Shown: one piece after another, positions 36,509 to 45,576 of the stretch
Layout: each line of letters begins with the position of its first letter
Position numbering within the stretch: the first letter of the stretch is position 1
Assembly (NCBI GenBank): GCA_050261495.1
Contig: JBLNDI010000146.1
Span: 1,357-65,356 of the forward strand
Direction: 5' to 3'
Length of the DNA stretch: 64,000 nt
From: Bacillota bacterium
GTDB taxonomy: Bacteria; Bacillota; Clostridia; Acetivibrionales; DTU013
Notes under the pieces: generated by a model
The model's input: only the letters and a program-made list of their open reading frames with translations
What the model was told of the DNA's origin: nothing
Database searches by the model: none
Program-made: the position numbers and the translations under genes

Positions 36509-37750
36509 CTACCTCTTGTAAAGAGGGTATTTTTCACATAGTTTTGCCACCCGGCTGCGTATATAATCTGCGGAATTCTCATAATCAACTATGGCCAGCT
36601 TGATTAACGCCGCAATTTCCTTCATGTCAGCTTCTTTCATGCCTCTCGTTGTGACGGCCGGCGTCCCTATCCTGATGCCGCTCGTTACAAACGGACCGAG
36701 CTTGTCATAAGGCACGGCGTTTTTATTTACCGTGATACCGACTTCGTCAAGCATTTGCTGCGCCATCTTTCCGGTAACATTGAAATTTGTTAAATCAACC
36801 AGCATCAGGTGGTTATCGGTGCCGCCGGATACAAGGTTGAAGCCTTCCTTTATCAGCGCTTCGGCGAGAGCCTTGGAATTCTTCAGGATTTGATGCTGGT
36901 ATTGCTTGAATTCGTCGCTTAGAACGAGTTTAAAGCTCACCGCTTTGGCAGCAATGGCATGCATAAGCGGACCGCCCTGCATTCCCGGGAATATAGCCGA
37001 ATCCACGGCCTTGGCGTGTTTTGCCTTGCACAGAATCAATCCGCCCCTTGGCCCCCTCAACGTTTTGTGGGTCGTGGAAGTTACAAAATCCGCGTACGGC
37101 ACCGGATTGGGATGAAGCCCTGCGGCAACCAATCCCGCTATGTGCGCCATATCTACCATAAAATAAGCGCCAATCTCCGCGGCAATTTCACTTAACGCCT
37201 TGAAATCGATTATTCTCGGGTAAGCGCTTGCGCCGGCAATAATCATTTTAGGTTTTGTTTCAATTGCCTTGCGGTATACTTCCTCGTAATCAATGCAGCC
37301 TGTATCTTCCCTTACCCCGTAAAATTCGGACTTGAAATATTTGCCCGAAAGATTCTTCTTCATGCCGTGCGTAAGGTGTCCTCCATGGTCGAGGCTCATG
37401 CCGAGTATCGTATCACCCGGTTCAAGCACTGCGAAATAAACGGCGGAGTTGGCCTGTGAACCTGAATGCGGCTGGACGTTCGCGTGTTCGGCTCCGAATA
37501 TTTCTTTTGCACGGTCTATGGCCAGTTGCTCAATAACATCCACGTATTCGCAGCCGCCATAATACCTCTTGCCAGGGTATCCTTCCGCGTACTTGTTTGT
37601 CAGTGGAGATCCGAGCGCCTGCAATACCGCCCCTTCCACGAAGTTTTCCGATGCAATTAATTCAAGCTTGTTTCTCTGCCTGTCGACCTCTTTTTCAATA
37701 TATTCGGCTACAACAGGATCTACCTTTTTTATCTCTTCGACCTGATACAT
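36509..37750 (-). CDS. glyA: Serine hydroxymethyltransferase
   Basis: [23 protein letters not shown] and [12 protein letters not shown] (PLP Lys) are canonical SHMT motifs. Confidence 0.96.
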   Translation of the reverse strand: MYQVEEIKKVDPVVAEYIEKEVDRQRNKLELIASENFVEGAVLQALGSPLTNKYAEGYPGKRYYGGCEYVDVIEQLAIDRAKEIFGAEHANVQPHSGSQANSAVYFAVLEPGDTILGMSLDHGGHLTHGMKKNLSGKYFKSEFYGVREDTGCIDYEEVYRKAIETKPKMIIAGASAYPRIIDFKALSEIAAEIGAYFMVDMAHIAGLVAAGLHPNPVPYADFVTSTTHKTLRGPRGGLILCKAKHAKAVDSAIFPGMQGGPLMHAIAAKAVSFKLVLSDEFKQYQHQILKNSKALAEALIKEGFNLVSGGTDNHLMLVDLTNFNVTGKMAQQMLDEVGITVNKNAVPYDKLGPFVTSGIRIGTPAVTTRGMKEADMKEIAALIKLAIVDYENSADYIRSRVAKLCEKYPLYKR

Positions 37751-37806
37751 TTTTTTACCTCCGCCCTTTTCTCAAGTTTAAGCACTTTATTTCATTTATT
37801 ACAATA

Positions 37807-37834
37807 AGAGGCCAAATCATCCGATTTGACCTCT
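37807..37834 (-). terminator. Hairpin in the glyA leader, candidate expression platform of the riboswitch
   Basis: The minus strand reads AGAGGTCAAATC-ggat-GATTTGGCCTCT (12-bp stem with one G-U pair) followed by TATTGT, a weak U tract. Confidence 0.45.
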
Positions 37835-37866
37835 GAAAACACAATATGCCTATGCATAATGTTCAA

Positions 37867-37943
37867 CTCTGTTCTTTTGCCTGAGAGATGATTTCCATGA
37901 AAAAGGAAATTTGCCCCTTCGGCGCCTTACGGTCTCTCCAGAG
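37867..37943 (-). promoter_or_regulatory. Glycine riboswitch aptamer (single aptamer) in the glyA 5' leader
   Basis: The minus strand reads CTCTGGAGAGACCGTAAGGCGCCGAAGGGGCAAATTTCC...GGAAATCATCTCTCAGGCAAAAGAACAGAG. This matches the conserved GGAGAG, CGCCGAAGGGGCAA and CUCUCAGGCAAAAGAAC blocks of the glycine aptamer. P1 pairs CTCTG with CAGAG. Confidence 0.8.
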
Positions 37944-38037
37944 GCGCGTCCGGCTACAGTCAAGAATTAACTTTTCCATAGCGTTCATCCGCCTTATTAA
38001 AATGGTCATACGTTACGTTTATTTAAACGCTAGAATG

Positions 38038-38066
38038 ATTATAAACATTCCATTTTGGCGTGTCAA
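38038..38066 (-). promoter_or_regulatory. Sigma-A promoter for the glyA leader
   Basis: On the minus strand, TTGACA (38066-38061), a 17-nt spacer, then TATAAT (38043-38038). Confidence 0.65.
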
Positions 38067-38080
38067 GTTTTATCAGAATG

Positions 38081-39067
38081 TCAAGGCGCCAGTACTTTGT
38101 ATAACTCGTCAGGTCCGGGCGGCAGAATCTCTTCGGCGCCTTCCGGCGACAATATACGCTTGTTTCCGCTATCGTTGAGCATTCCGATAATGGCAGCCTC
38201 TATCCCCTCTTTTCTTAAATGATTCACAAGCCCTTCCCCATCTGTTGCCGCCATCAGCATGCAGCCGCTCGATATCAGCTTATACGGGCTTATATTATAA
38301 TATTCGCATATCTTCCGCGTCGCCATCTTCACCGGTATCTTTTCCATATAAATTTCAACGCCCTTGCCCGACGCTTCGCATAATTCCCAAACCGCGCCAA
38401 GGACGCCTCCTTCGGTGGCGTCGTGCATCGCATTCACGCCAAACTGAACAGCCGACAGGCCATCTCTTACTACGCTTATATCTTCGATAAAACTCTTGGC
38501 TTCGTCTATAATATTCTCTCCCAAGGGTACTTTCAGGTCCTTTTCTTTTTCCCGTGCAATTATTGATGCGCCCTCAAGTCCGGCATGCTTTGTCATGACC
38601 AGGTAATCGCCGGATTTCGCGCCTTTTGGCGTAATAATCCTATCCCTGCGGCAACGTCCTATCGCCGTGCAGGAAATGACAAATCGTGATACCGCATCGG
38701 TAATTTCGGTATGTCCTCCTATGAGGTCGACGTTTATGGACGAGGCTTCCCTGATAAGCTGGTCAATAATTGATTCCAGTTCACTTTCGGACGTGCCCGG
38801 AGGACAAAGTATTGTTGCCATAAGTCCTAACGGCTCAACGCCGAATGATGCGATATCATTGCAATTGATATGTACGGCCAGCCTGCCAATTTCGTAAGCA
38901 GTGCCCGTTATTGGATCACTCGACATTATGCATAAATTTCCTCCGAAATCAACAGCGGAACAGTCAATTCCAATGCCCGGGCGGACAACTACTTCGTCCC
39001 GCTTTTTAATAAGTCTGTCAAGAATTATTTTTTTCAGCAGATCATTTGGTACTTTTCCTGTTACCAT
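38081..39067 (-). CDS. AIR-synthase-related protein (PurM/ThiL/HypE superfamily), function unknown
   Basis: GIGIDCSAVDF, MSSDPITG, DLIGGHTE and MHDATEGG are PurM-superfamily motifs. ATG at 39067 follows GGAGG with 5-nt spacing. The ORF track starts at 39097. Confidence 0.75.
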   Translation of the reverse strand: MVTGKVPNDLLKKIILDRLIKKRDEVVVRPGIGIDCSAVDFGGNLCIMSSDPITGTAYEIGRLAVHINCNDIASFGVEPLGLMATILCPPGTSESELESIIDQLIREASSINVDLIGGHTEITDAVSRFVISCTAIGRCRRDRIITPKGAKSGDYLVMTKHAGLEGASIIAREKEKDLKVPLGENIIDEAKSFIEDISVVRDGLSAVQFGVNAMHDATEGGVLGAVWELCEASGKGVEIYMEKIPVKMATRKICEYYNISPYKLISSGCMLMAATDGEGLVNHLRKEGIEAAIIGMLNDSGNKRILSPEGAEEILPPGPDELYKVLAP

Positions 39068-39103
39068 TACATCCTCCAATACATAGCTGAATCCCATGCA
39101 AAA

Positions 39104-39775
39104 CTACAGTTTTTCCTTGACCATCTGGAAACGGTCTCGCGCCGCTTCCATCAACGCAGGTTTTTTCCTTGCTTCGGCAGAACTAATCAGCTTGCTGAAC
39201 CATTTGACGGCATCATCGTAATTGCCGGTCCTGATGTGAAGCTCGGCAATCATGTACATGCACGTATACTCGTCAAGCTTGTCCACCGGAAAGCGTTCCT
39301 TTTCGTATACCTCGGTATAATATCTCAGCGCATACCTTAAAAACTCATTTTCCTTTTCTTCTTCATCGCCCTTGAACCTGTAGAGCCAGGCTATCCTGAT
39401 GCAAACTTTCGCCAGTTCGCTAGCCTTGACTCCCCTGAGCTGATTATTCAGCAGGACAAGCTTGAAAGCTTCAATAGCCGTATCTATGCTTCTTTCTCCG
39501 TCAAAACCCCTCTTTTTCCATTTTGGAGTAATCATTTTCTTTATTATATCCGCTTCCCTGGACGATATTTCAAGAAATTTGTCGGCCTGCGCCGCATAAC
39601 CGCAGTTCCCGCATACCCAGGCGTCATAATACAGCGGATTGATGCCTTCATAATGGACACAAAAATCGGTATCCCTTTCTTTTACCTTGTAAGCGCGGCT
39701 CTTTACTTTTGTCACGTTGAATTTTTTCGAACATACGGGACAGGTTACCTCTTTATGGTATAGATTTTCGTTCAT
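39104..39775 (-). CDS. DUF2225-type protein (N-terminal zinc ribbon plus helical repeats)
   Basis: VTCPVCSKKF...WVCGNCGYAA forms a four-Cys ribbon, followed by TPR-like helices. ATG at 39775 follows GAGGGGG. Confidence 0.7.
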   Translation of the reverse strand: MNENLYHKEVTCPVCSKKFNVTKVKSRAYKVKERDTDFCVHYEGINPLYYDAWVCGNCGYAAQADKFLEISSREADIIKKMITPKWKKRGFDGERSIDTAIEAFKLVLLNNQLRGVKASELAKVCIRIAWLYRFKGDEEEKENEFLRYALRYYTEVYEKERFPVDKLDEYTCMYMIAELHIRTGNYDDAVKWFSKLISSAEARKKPALMEAARDRFQMVKEKL

Positions 39776-39837
39776 TTCCAACCCCCTCGATTTTTCAGGC
39801 AGCAAGGATTATATTTATACGCTGCCGGTATTTCAAA

Positions 39838-41235
39838 TCAATAATTTGCTGCTTCTGCCCGGTACTTTTCGTACAGGTCGCCCGCAACCCGGATTTTCCC
39901 CTGGACAGGCTTGTAATAATCCTCGGTAAGCTTTTCCCTCCATTGAAGCTCCCCGTTTTTGTAAGCTTCCCTGTACAACACTACGCGCAGGCCTTTTACC
40001 TCTTTTCGCTCCACTTTTATTTCACCCGGCTGCAGTGTACTGTCGTAGATTATTTCCGGCGGTTTAGGCTTATAGACGCCTATGATATTGGTTTTCAATT
40101 CGTATACTACATCGCCTTCCCTCTTCCTCCCAAGTATGCTTATGATAAGTTTGTTCCCTTCAACACCGGCATGGAGGCATACCGGGTATTCCAGGTTGTT
40201 GACAAACCTGAAATCAATCGAGTTTTCCGTAATAGTGGCATCCCTTCCAGGGCTTATATAATACAGCGGAATTGAATGGTGTTCCCGCTCTATAACACTC
40301 ATGCCGGCAAGCAGCACCGTATTGTATAATGTTGTTGATACCTGGCAGACACCTCCGCCTGTCCCGGGGACAAGCTCGCTCTTGAATATGATCGGAGCCT
40401 CCTTGTACCCGTTTTCCCTGGTCCTGGGTCCCAATGCCCTGTTCATCGAAAAGGATTCCCCGGGAAGCAAAATCGTTCCGTTAATCCTGCTGCAGGCCAG
40501 CTTGATATTATCGGTGCGGTTTGTGTCACTCTTGTCGAACTTGGTGCTGAACCGGGACAGAACACCGTTAATTTCCTTAATGTCGTCATATACTATATGA
40601 GGTTTTTTCTCATCCACGACCAGCTCAATCTCGCTGAAATCCCTTGCAGCCAACTGTTTTTCCGCTTTTTCAAGGCTTTTTTCAATATTTAGCGATCGCG
40701 TCACCCTCTCGCGCTTGAATTTTATTTTTCCGTCCGAGTATACTATCCCAGCGTTTTCCCCGACGGCATCGCATTCTTTCTTGATTTTTTCAAGTATATC
40801 CGCCAGTTTATCCCTGTCAAAGCTCTCCTCGATCTCTACCGTGTGACCGTTTATCGATAAGAGTATCGAGTTGTACAATTTTTTGAATATATTTCCCTCT
40901 CTTCCAATATAGTAGGCCTGCTGCAAGGCATTGTCAACCATGTATTCATAACCGATATCCCGGAGCGCCACTTCCCATTTTCGGCTTCCGTAGGAAAGTG
41001 TAATACTTTCGGCGCCATGATTCTTTGCAATATACTCCAATACAGCCTTTTTTGCCTCGTCCGCAGTCATCCAGGAGACGTCTGTTTTCTCAATCCATAT
41101 GCCCTTTCTTATCGTGTTTCCGGTAAATAAACGCGTCAGTGTGAAAAAAGCTGCCAGGATAACCAATACTATTATCACTGACGTATAAATCATTCTTTTC
41201 CGAAATATACCATAAGCACCGGACATCGATAACAT
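39838..41235 (-). CDS. VanW-family protein (N-terminal TM anchor)
   Basis: GTGGGVCQVSTTLYN...EREHHS...Y..PGRDATI is the VanW domain signature. Confidence 0.82.
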   Translation of the reverse strand: MLSMSGAYGIFRKRMIYTSVIIVLVILAAFFTLTRLFTGNTIRKGIWIEKTDVSWMTADEAKKAVLEYIAKNHGAESITLSYGSRKWEVALRDIGYEYMVDNALQQAYYIGREGNIFKKLYNSILLSINGHTVEIEESFDRDKLADILEKIKKECDAVGENAGIVYSDGKIKFKRERVTRSLNIEKSLEKAEKQLAARDFSEIELVVDEKKPHIVYDDIKEINGVLSRFSTKFDKSDTNRTDNIKLACSRINGTILLPGESFSMNRALGPRTRENGYKEAPIIFKSELVPGTGGGVCQVSTTLYNTVLLAGMSVIEREHHSIPLYYISPGRDATITENSIDFRFVNNLEYPVCLHAGVEGNKLIISILGRKREGDVVYELKTNIIGVYKPKPPEIIYDSTLQPGEIKVERKEVKGLRVVLYREAYKNGELQWREKLTEDYYKPVQGKIRVAGDLYEKYRAEAANY

Positions 41236-41350
41236 ACCTTCCCGTAAATGACGTACTTTTGCGGCATATCAAGCCGCAAGGCTTAAAATGAGACTTCTCT
41301 CCCATTTTATTATTATGTTATCAACTATGCTTATAGTACATGTGTGGTAA

Positions 41351-42583
41351 TTACACGGAAACGTCCAATATTTCGGTATTATTTAAAGCATTTTCTATCA
41401 TTGCCTCCAATTTCAATCTGCTTTCATATCTTTCCACATCCTCGAGCCTGGGCTTTATTTTCGGATGCTTCGCGACAAAAACAGTGCAACAGTCCTCGTA
41501 AGGCAAAATAGACGTATTAAACGTGCCTATCTTCCTTGCTATTTCAACCACGTCGTTCTTATCCATGCCGATTAACGGCCTGAATACCGGGAGGCTGACA
41601 GTTGCGTTTGTTACTGCGAGGCTTTGCACTGTCTGGCTTGCGACCTGGCCGAGGCTTTCACCGGTTATCAAGGCATGGGCGCCGCTGTTAAGCGCTATCC
41701 TTTCTGCAATTTTCATCATTGCCCTTCTCATGATTATAGTCAGATGATCTTCCGGGCATTTGTCATTTATTTCGAGTTGTATATCCGTAAAAGGTACAAT
41801 ATGAAGTTTTATGCCCAAACAATACGGGGACAATATCCTTGCCAACTCCACGACTTTGTCTCGGGCACGTTCGCTGGTGTACGGATAACTGTGGAAATGC
41901 ACCGCTCCTATCTTCATGCCTCTTTTTGCCATCATCCATCCGGCCACCGGGCTGTCGATTCCGCCAGACAGCAGCAGTATGGCTTTTCCGTTCGTTCCGA
42001 CAGGCAAGCCTCCTCCTGCAGGAACAATATCACAATAAATGTACGCGCTTTCCCTGACTTCCACGTACAGTATAAAATCGGGCTCGTGCACGTCTACCTT
42101 TAACCCGTGTATGTTCTCCAGGAGGTATCCCCCGAGTTCGTCGCAAATCTCAGGTGATTGCATCGGATAACTTTTATTGCCTCTTTTTGCTTCGACCTTG
42201 AACCATACCGTGTCCCGGACACCGTTTTTGTCCATGTGCCTGTCCGGCCGGCTTGCGGCTTTTTCCTTCAGCACTTGCCGCATATGCTCTTTTACAAGCT
42301 CAAGCGAATGGCGTTTTATTTCTTCCCAGTCGGAGGGAATTTTCAATACAACGCTGGCGGATACTATGCCGAAAACCTTGCTCAATTTTAACACGGCTTC
42401 GCTGAAATCGTATCCCTCATCCCTAGGCTCGATAAAAATCCTGGCCTGCGATTTGTTGACCTCGATTTTACCGAGCGGTGCGAGCGCAATCCTGATGTTC
42501 TCAATCAATTTATTCTCAAATACCGGCCTGTTCAGGCCTTTTAACATTATTTCGCCATACCTTACCAAGATAACTTTTTTCAT
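41351..42583 (-). CDS. thiI: tRNA 4-thiouridine(8) synthase ThiI
   Basis: VRYGEIMLKGLNR, a THUMP domain and the LLSGGIDSPVA PP-loop. The ATG overlaps the upstream stop (ATGA). Confidence 0.92.
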   Translation of the reverse strand: MKKVILVRYGEIMLKGLNRPVFENKLIENIRIALAPLGKIEVNKSQARIFIEPRDEGYDFSEAVLKLSKVFGIVSASVVLKIPSDWEEIKRHSLELVKEHMRQVLKEKAASRPDRHMDKNGVRDTVWFKVEAKRGNKSYPMQSPEICDELGGYLLENIHGLKVDVHEPDFILYVEVRESAYIYCDIVPAGGGLPVGTNGKAILLLSGGIDSPVAGWMMAKRGMKIGAVHFHSYPYTSERARDKVVELARILSPYCLGIKLHIVPFTDIQLEINDKCPEDHLTIIMRRAMMKIAERIALNSGAHALITGESLGQVASQTVQSLAVTNATVSLPVFRPLIGMDKNDVVEIARKIGTFNTSILPYEDCCTVFVAKHPKIKPRLEDVERYESRLKLEAMIENALNNTEILDVSV

Positions 42584-43755
42584 TGACGCCTCCATGATTT
42601 CTGTCTTTTTCGTATTCTAATAACCGGGACGATTTCTTTCAACGCTTCCACGGCCGTTTCGATTTCCTGCCCGGTGTTAAGGGGTGAAAAACTGAACCTA
42701 ACCGCACCGTCTATCAATTCGTCAGGTAATCCCATGGCTTTAAGCACGTGACTCCTGGTGTTTTTTCGCGATGAACATGCCGAGCCGGTTGAGACGTAAA
42801 TGCCCCTTTGCTCCAGGTGGTGAAGCAGCACTTCGCCCCGTATGCCCTCAAAAGCTGCGTTTACAATATAAGGAGAGCCGTTGCGAGGCGAAATAATCCT
42901 ATGGCTGATACCTGACGAAGAAAGCTTGTCGATAAACATATCTTTTAACAAGCTTACTTTCCTGTAATTTTCATCAAGTCTTTTAAACATTATTGACGCA
43001 GCCAGTCCAAAACCCGCTATGCCCGGTACATTCTCAGTGCCTGAACGAAGCAGGGATTCCTGGCCTCCCCCGTAAAACAACGGTTTTATTTTCAGCTTTT
43101 CAAACACATACAATGCGCCTATACCCTTTGGACCGTGAATCTTGTGGGAACTGAACGACATAAGACCAATTCCGTATTCCCTTGGTTTTATCGCTACCTT
43201 GCAATACGCCTGTACGGCATCGGCATGGATAACCGCCTGCGGGCTTAATTCATCCCTGATTGAAGAAATATCTCCAAACCTTTGTATTGCTCCGGTCTCA
43301 TTGTTAACAGCAATTACGCTGATCAGAACGGTTTCGCGGCAAAGCTTGTCCCTGAGCTGCTTTAAGTCAATCATTCCGTTTTCGTCGACGCCGATGTAAT
43401 CCACCCTGTAGCCTTTTCCCTCGAGATGGCGGTAAACCTCCAGCACCGAAGGGTGCTCCGTTTCAGTGGTTACTATGTGGTTTCCCCGCCTGGGATTGGC
43501 TTCAAGGTAGCCCATAACGGCAAGGTTGTTCGATTCGGTTCCGCCGGATGTAAATAAAATTTCTCCAACGCTTGCTCCCAGGGTTTCCGCAATTGTTTCC
43601 CTTGCCGAGCGGACAAGTTTTTCCGCCTCTATTCCCTTCGAATGCAGCGAAGAAGGATTGCCGTATTTATTGGACGCCACATCGGCCATCAATGCTGTTA
43701 CTTCGTCAAACTGCCTTGTAGTTGAGCCGTTGTCAAGGTATATATCCGAACTCAT
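42580..43755 (-). CDS. Cysteine desulfurase (NifS/NifZ-type) partnered with ThiI
   Basis: IYLDNGSTT, SSHKIHGPKG (PLP Lys) and STGSACSS (catalytic Cys). Confidence 0.9.
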   Translation of the reverse strand: MSSDIYLDNGSTTRQFDEVTALMADVASNKYGNPSSLHSKGIEAEKLVRSARETIAETLGASVGEILFTSGGTESNNLAVMGYLEANPRRGNHIVTTETEHPSVLEVYRHLEGKGYRVDYIGVDENGMIDLKQLRDKLCRETVLISVIAVNNETGAIQRFGDISSIRDELSPQAVIHADAVQAYCKVAIKPREYGIGLMSFSSHKIHGPKGIGALYVFEKLKIKPLFYGGGQESLLRSGTENVPGIAGFGLAASIMFKRLDENYRKVSLLKDMFIDKLSSSGISHRIISPRNGSPYIVNAAFEGIRGEVLLHHLEQRGIYVSTGSACSSRKNTRSHVLKAMGLPDELIDGAVRFSFSPLNTGQEIETAVEALKEIVPVIRIRKRQKSWRRQ

Positions 43756-43961
43756 TCGTATAACCTCATATTTATATTTTGTTCATATTATACCATATTG
43801 AACAAATTGCAATGTAACCATGTTTATAACGAGACGATAGCAACAAAATTCATTTTTTCAAATAATTCATTAATTTTTTCCGAAAAACCCTCCCAAAAAT
43901 CAAATGGTAATTGTATAGATAAGTGAAAAAATAACCAAACACCTGTAAAGGAGATGTTTTT

Positions 43962-44669
43962 ATGAAAAAAAACAATAAAATGTTTGCCGTTATACTATCT
44001 CTGGCAACAATTATTTGCTTAGTCATGACGTCAAATGCTTTCGCTGCAGGAACAAAAAACGGAAATGACAAGAAGGTCGCGAATAATTCCAATACCACGG
44101 GTATCTCAAATATTCAGGCTAATGATGAAAATATGAATTCAAGCGCTGAGGCTAAAACAAAAGGTGATCAGCTAAAACAGATTCGAGAACAAATCAGGGA
44201 GAGAATACGGAATTTATATACAAAAGAGGAAAAGGACAGGTTAAAATCGCTGGAAAAGGAACTGAAGAAGAAATATAAGGATATTAAAGTTCTGCCTGTG
44301 GACAGTGTGATAACCAAAGGAGCTATGATAAAATTCGATACTCCGCCGGTTATTAAAGAGGGTAGAATCCTGATACCAGTAAGAGCCTTAACAGAAGGTT
44401 TTGGGGCATCTGTTACATGGGATCAGGCTAAAAAAGAAGTCACAATCCAGCGTGGAGAAGTAAAAATTGTTCTGCAAATTGGGAATAACCTGGCGTACGT
44501 GAACGGTGAAGAGGTAAAAATTGATGTTCCACCTGAGATAATCAATAACAGGACGGTTGTACCGTTAAGATTTATTGCTGAAAAACTGGGGTTAAAGGTT
44601 AACTGGGATGAAGAAAGTGAAACGGTTGAAGTTGAGGAGGACAGCCAGGCTGCGAGTACAAATGAATAG
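43962..44669 (+). CDS. Secreted protein with a copper-amine-oxidase-N-terminal-like (stalk) domain
   Basis: Signal peptide and coiled-coil linker. GRILIPVRALTEGFGASVTWD...NNRTVVPLRFIAEKLGLKVNWD is the typical duplicated stalk-domain motif. Confidence 0.75.
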   Translation: MKKNNKMFAVILSLATIICLVMTSNAFAAGTKNGNDKKVANNSNTTGISNIQANDENMNSSAEAKTKGDQLKQIREQIRERIRNLYTKEEKDRLKSLEKELKKKYKDIKVLPVDSVITKGAMIKFDTPPVIKEGRILIPVRALTEGFGASVTWDQAKKEVTIQRGEVKIVLQIGNNLAYVNGEEVKIDVPPEIINNRTVVPLRFIAEKLGLKVNWDEESETVEVEEDSQAASTNE

Positions 44670-44718
44670 TAGTATCGCTAAAAAATAGATAGCATATGCA
44701 TAAAGCTTGATTTTAAGG

Positions 44719-44757
44719 CCTTCCCTTGGCATTACACCAAGGGAAGGCGAATATTTT
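44719..44757 (+). terminator. Terminator after the stalk-domain gene
   Basis: CCTTCCCTTGG-cattaca-CCAAGGGAAGG (11-bp stem) followed by CGAATATTTT. Confidence 0.6.
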
Positions 44758-44850
44758 CATAAACATGTTGTTTTGCAAGCATTTATCAAAGAAAAGCAGA
44801 ATAGTGACGATAAGAATAAAAGATACAGCATCATTTTATAAGGTGGATCT

Positions 44851-45561
44851 ATGGAAAATATGCTTCTTGAGCAGAGCATACTGAGCGCTAAAAACGGAAA
44901 TGAACTGGAAAGAGAAAGGATTATTACACATAATAAACCTTTTATTATAAATGTTGTCAGCCATATCTGCAAGAAGTATATATCATGGAGTGATGAGGAA
45001 GCAAGCATTGGATTGCTGGCTTTCAACAAGGCAATCGATACTTATGAAGCTTCAAAAGGGAGGTCATTTCTTAGTTATACATACTGCTTGATTAACAGGG
45101 CATTGGTTAACTATTTCAGGAAAAACAAAAATCAGGAACAGGTTTTGTCCTTGGATTATTATGGATTCGATGAAGAATCCCATGTGACAAGCGAGGAAAT
45201 AAACGAATCGATTCATGTTTACCAGGAAAAGATTGTATCAAGTGAGATTATAGAAGAAATTTTAGAGTTGGACCGGATATTGAATGATTATGGAATAAAA
45301 TTTGAGGAACTGGAAGGTTCATCGCCTAAACATAATGATACCAGGAAACTATTATGCAAGATTGTTCATGAATTTATTACTGATGAAGAACTGGTCCGAG
45401 AGTTTACCGGAAAAAAGAGGTTTCCGGCAACAGCCTTTGCAAGAAAGACGGGTTACTCATTAAAAACAATAGAAAAACACCGGAAGTATCTGATAGCTAT
45501 GATTATCATCGGTTTACATCCCGAATGGGCGCACTTATCTTCTTACGTGAAATCAAAGTAA
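44851..45561 (+). CDS. sigI: RNA polymerase sigma factor SigI
   Basis: About 236 aa. The N-terminus (AKNGNELERERIITHNKPFIINVVSHICKKYISWSDEEASIGLLAFNKAIDTY) and the C-terminal SigI-specific domain are typical of SigI. An RsgI gene follows. Confidence 0.88.
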   Translation: MENMLLEQSILSAKNGNELERERIITHNKPFIINVVSHICKKYISWSDEEASIGLLAFNKAIDTYEASKGRSFLSYTYCLINRALVNYFRKNKNQEQVLSLDYYGFDEESHVTSEEINESIHVYQEKIVSSEIIEEILELDRILNDYGIKFEELEGSSPKHNDTRKLLCKIVHEFITDEELVREFTGKKRFPATAFARKTGYSLKTIEKHRKYLIAMIIIGLHPEWAHLSSYVKSK

Positions 45562-45576
45562 AGCGGGGAGTTTTAA

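Noticed and set aside
37944-38037. A second (tandem) glycine aptamer upstream of the identified one.
   Set aside because: No second GGAGAG ... ACCGAAGGGGCAA ... CUCAGGCAAAAGGAC block is present, so I treated the element as a singlet. A degenerate ghost aptamer cannot be judged by eye.
44690-44850. A SigI-type autoregulatory promoter upstream of sigI (a CGAATA motif lies right after the terminator hairpin). A C-rich AAAAACCCTCCC tract at about 43885 was also considered.
   Set aside because: I could not find a C-rich -35 element and a CGWA -10 element with plausible spacing in either place, and I do not remember the consensus precisely enough. I made no call.
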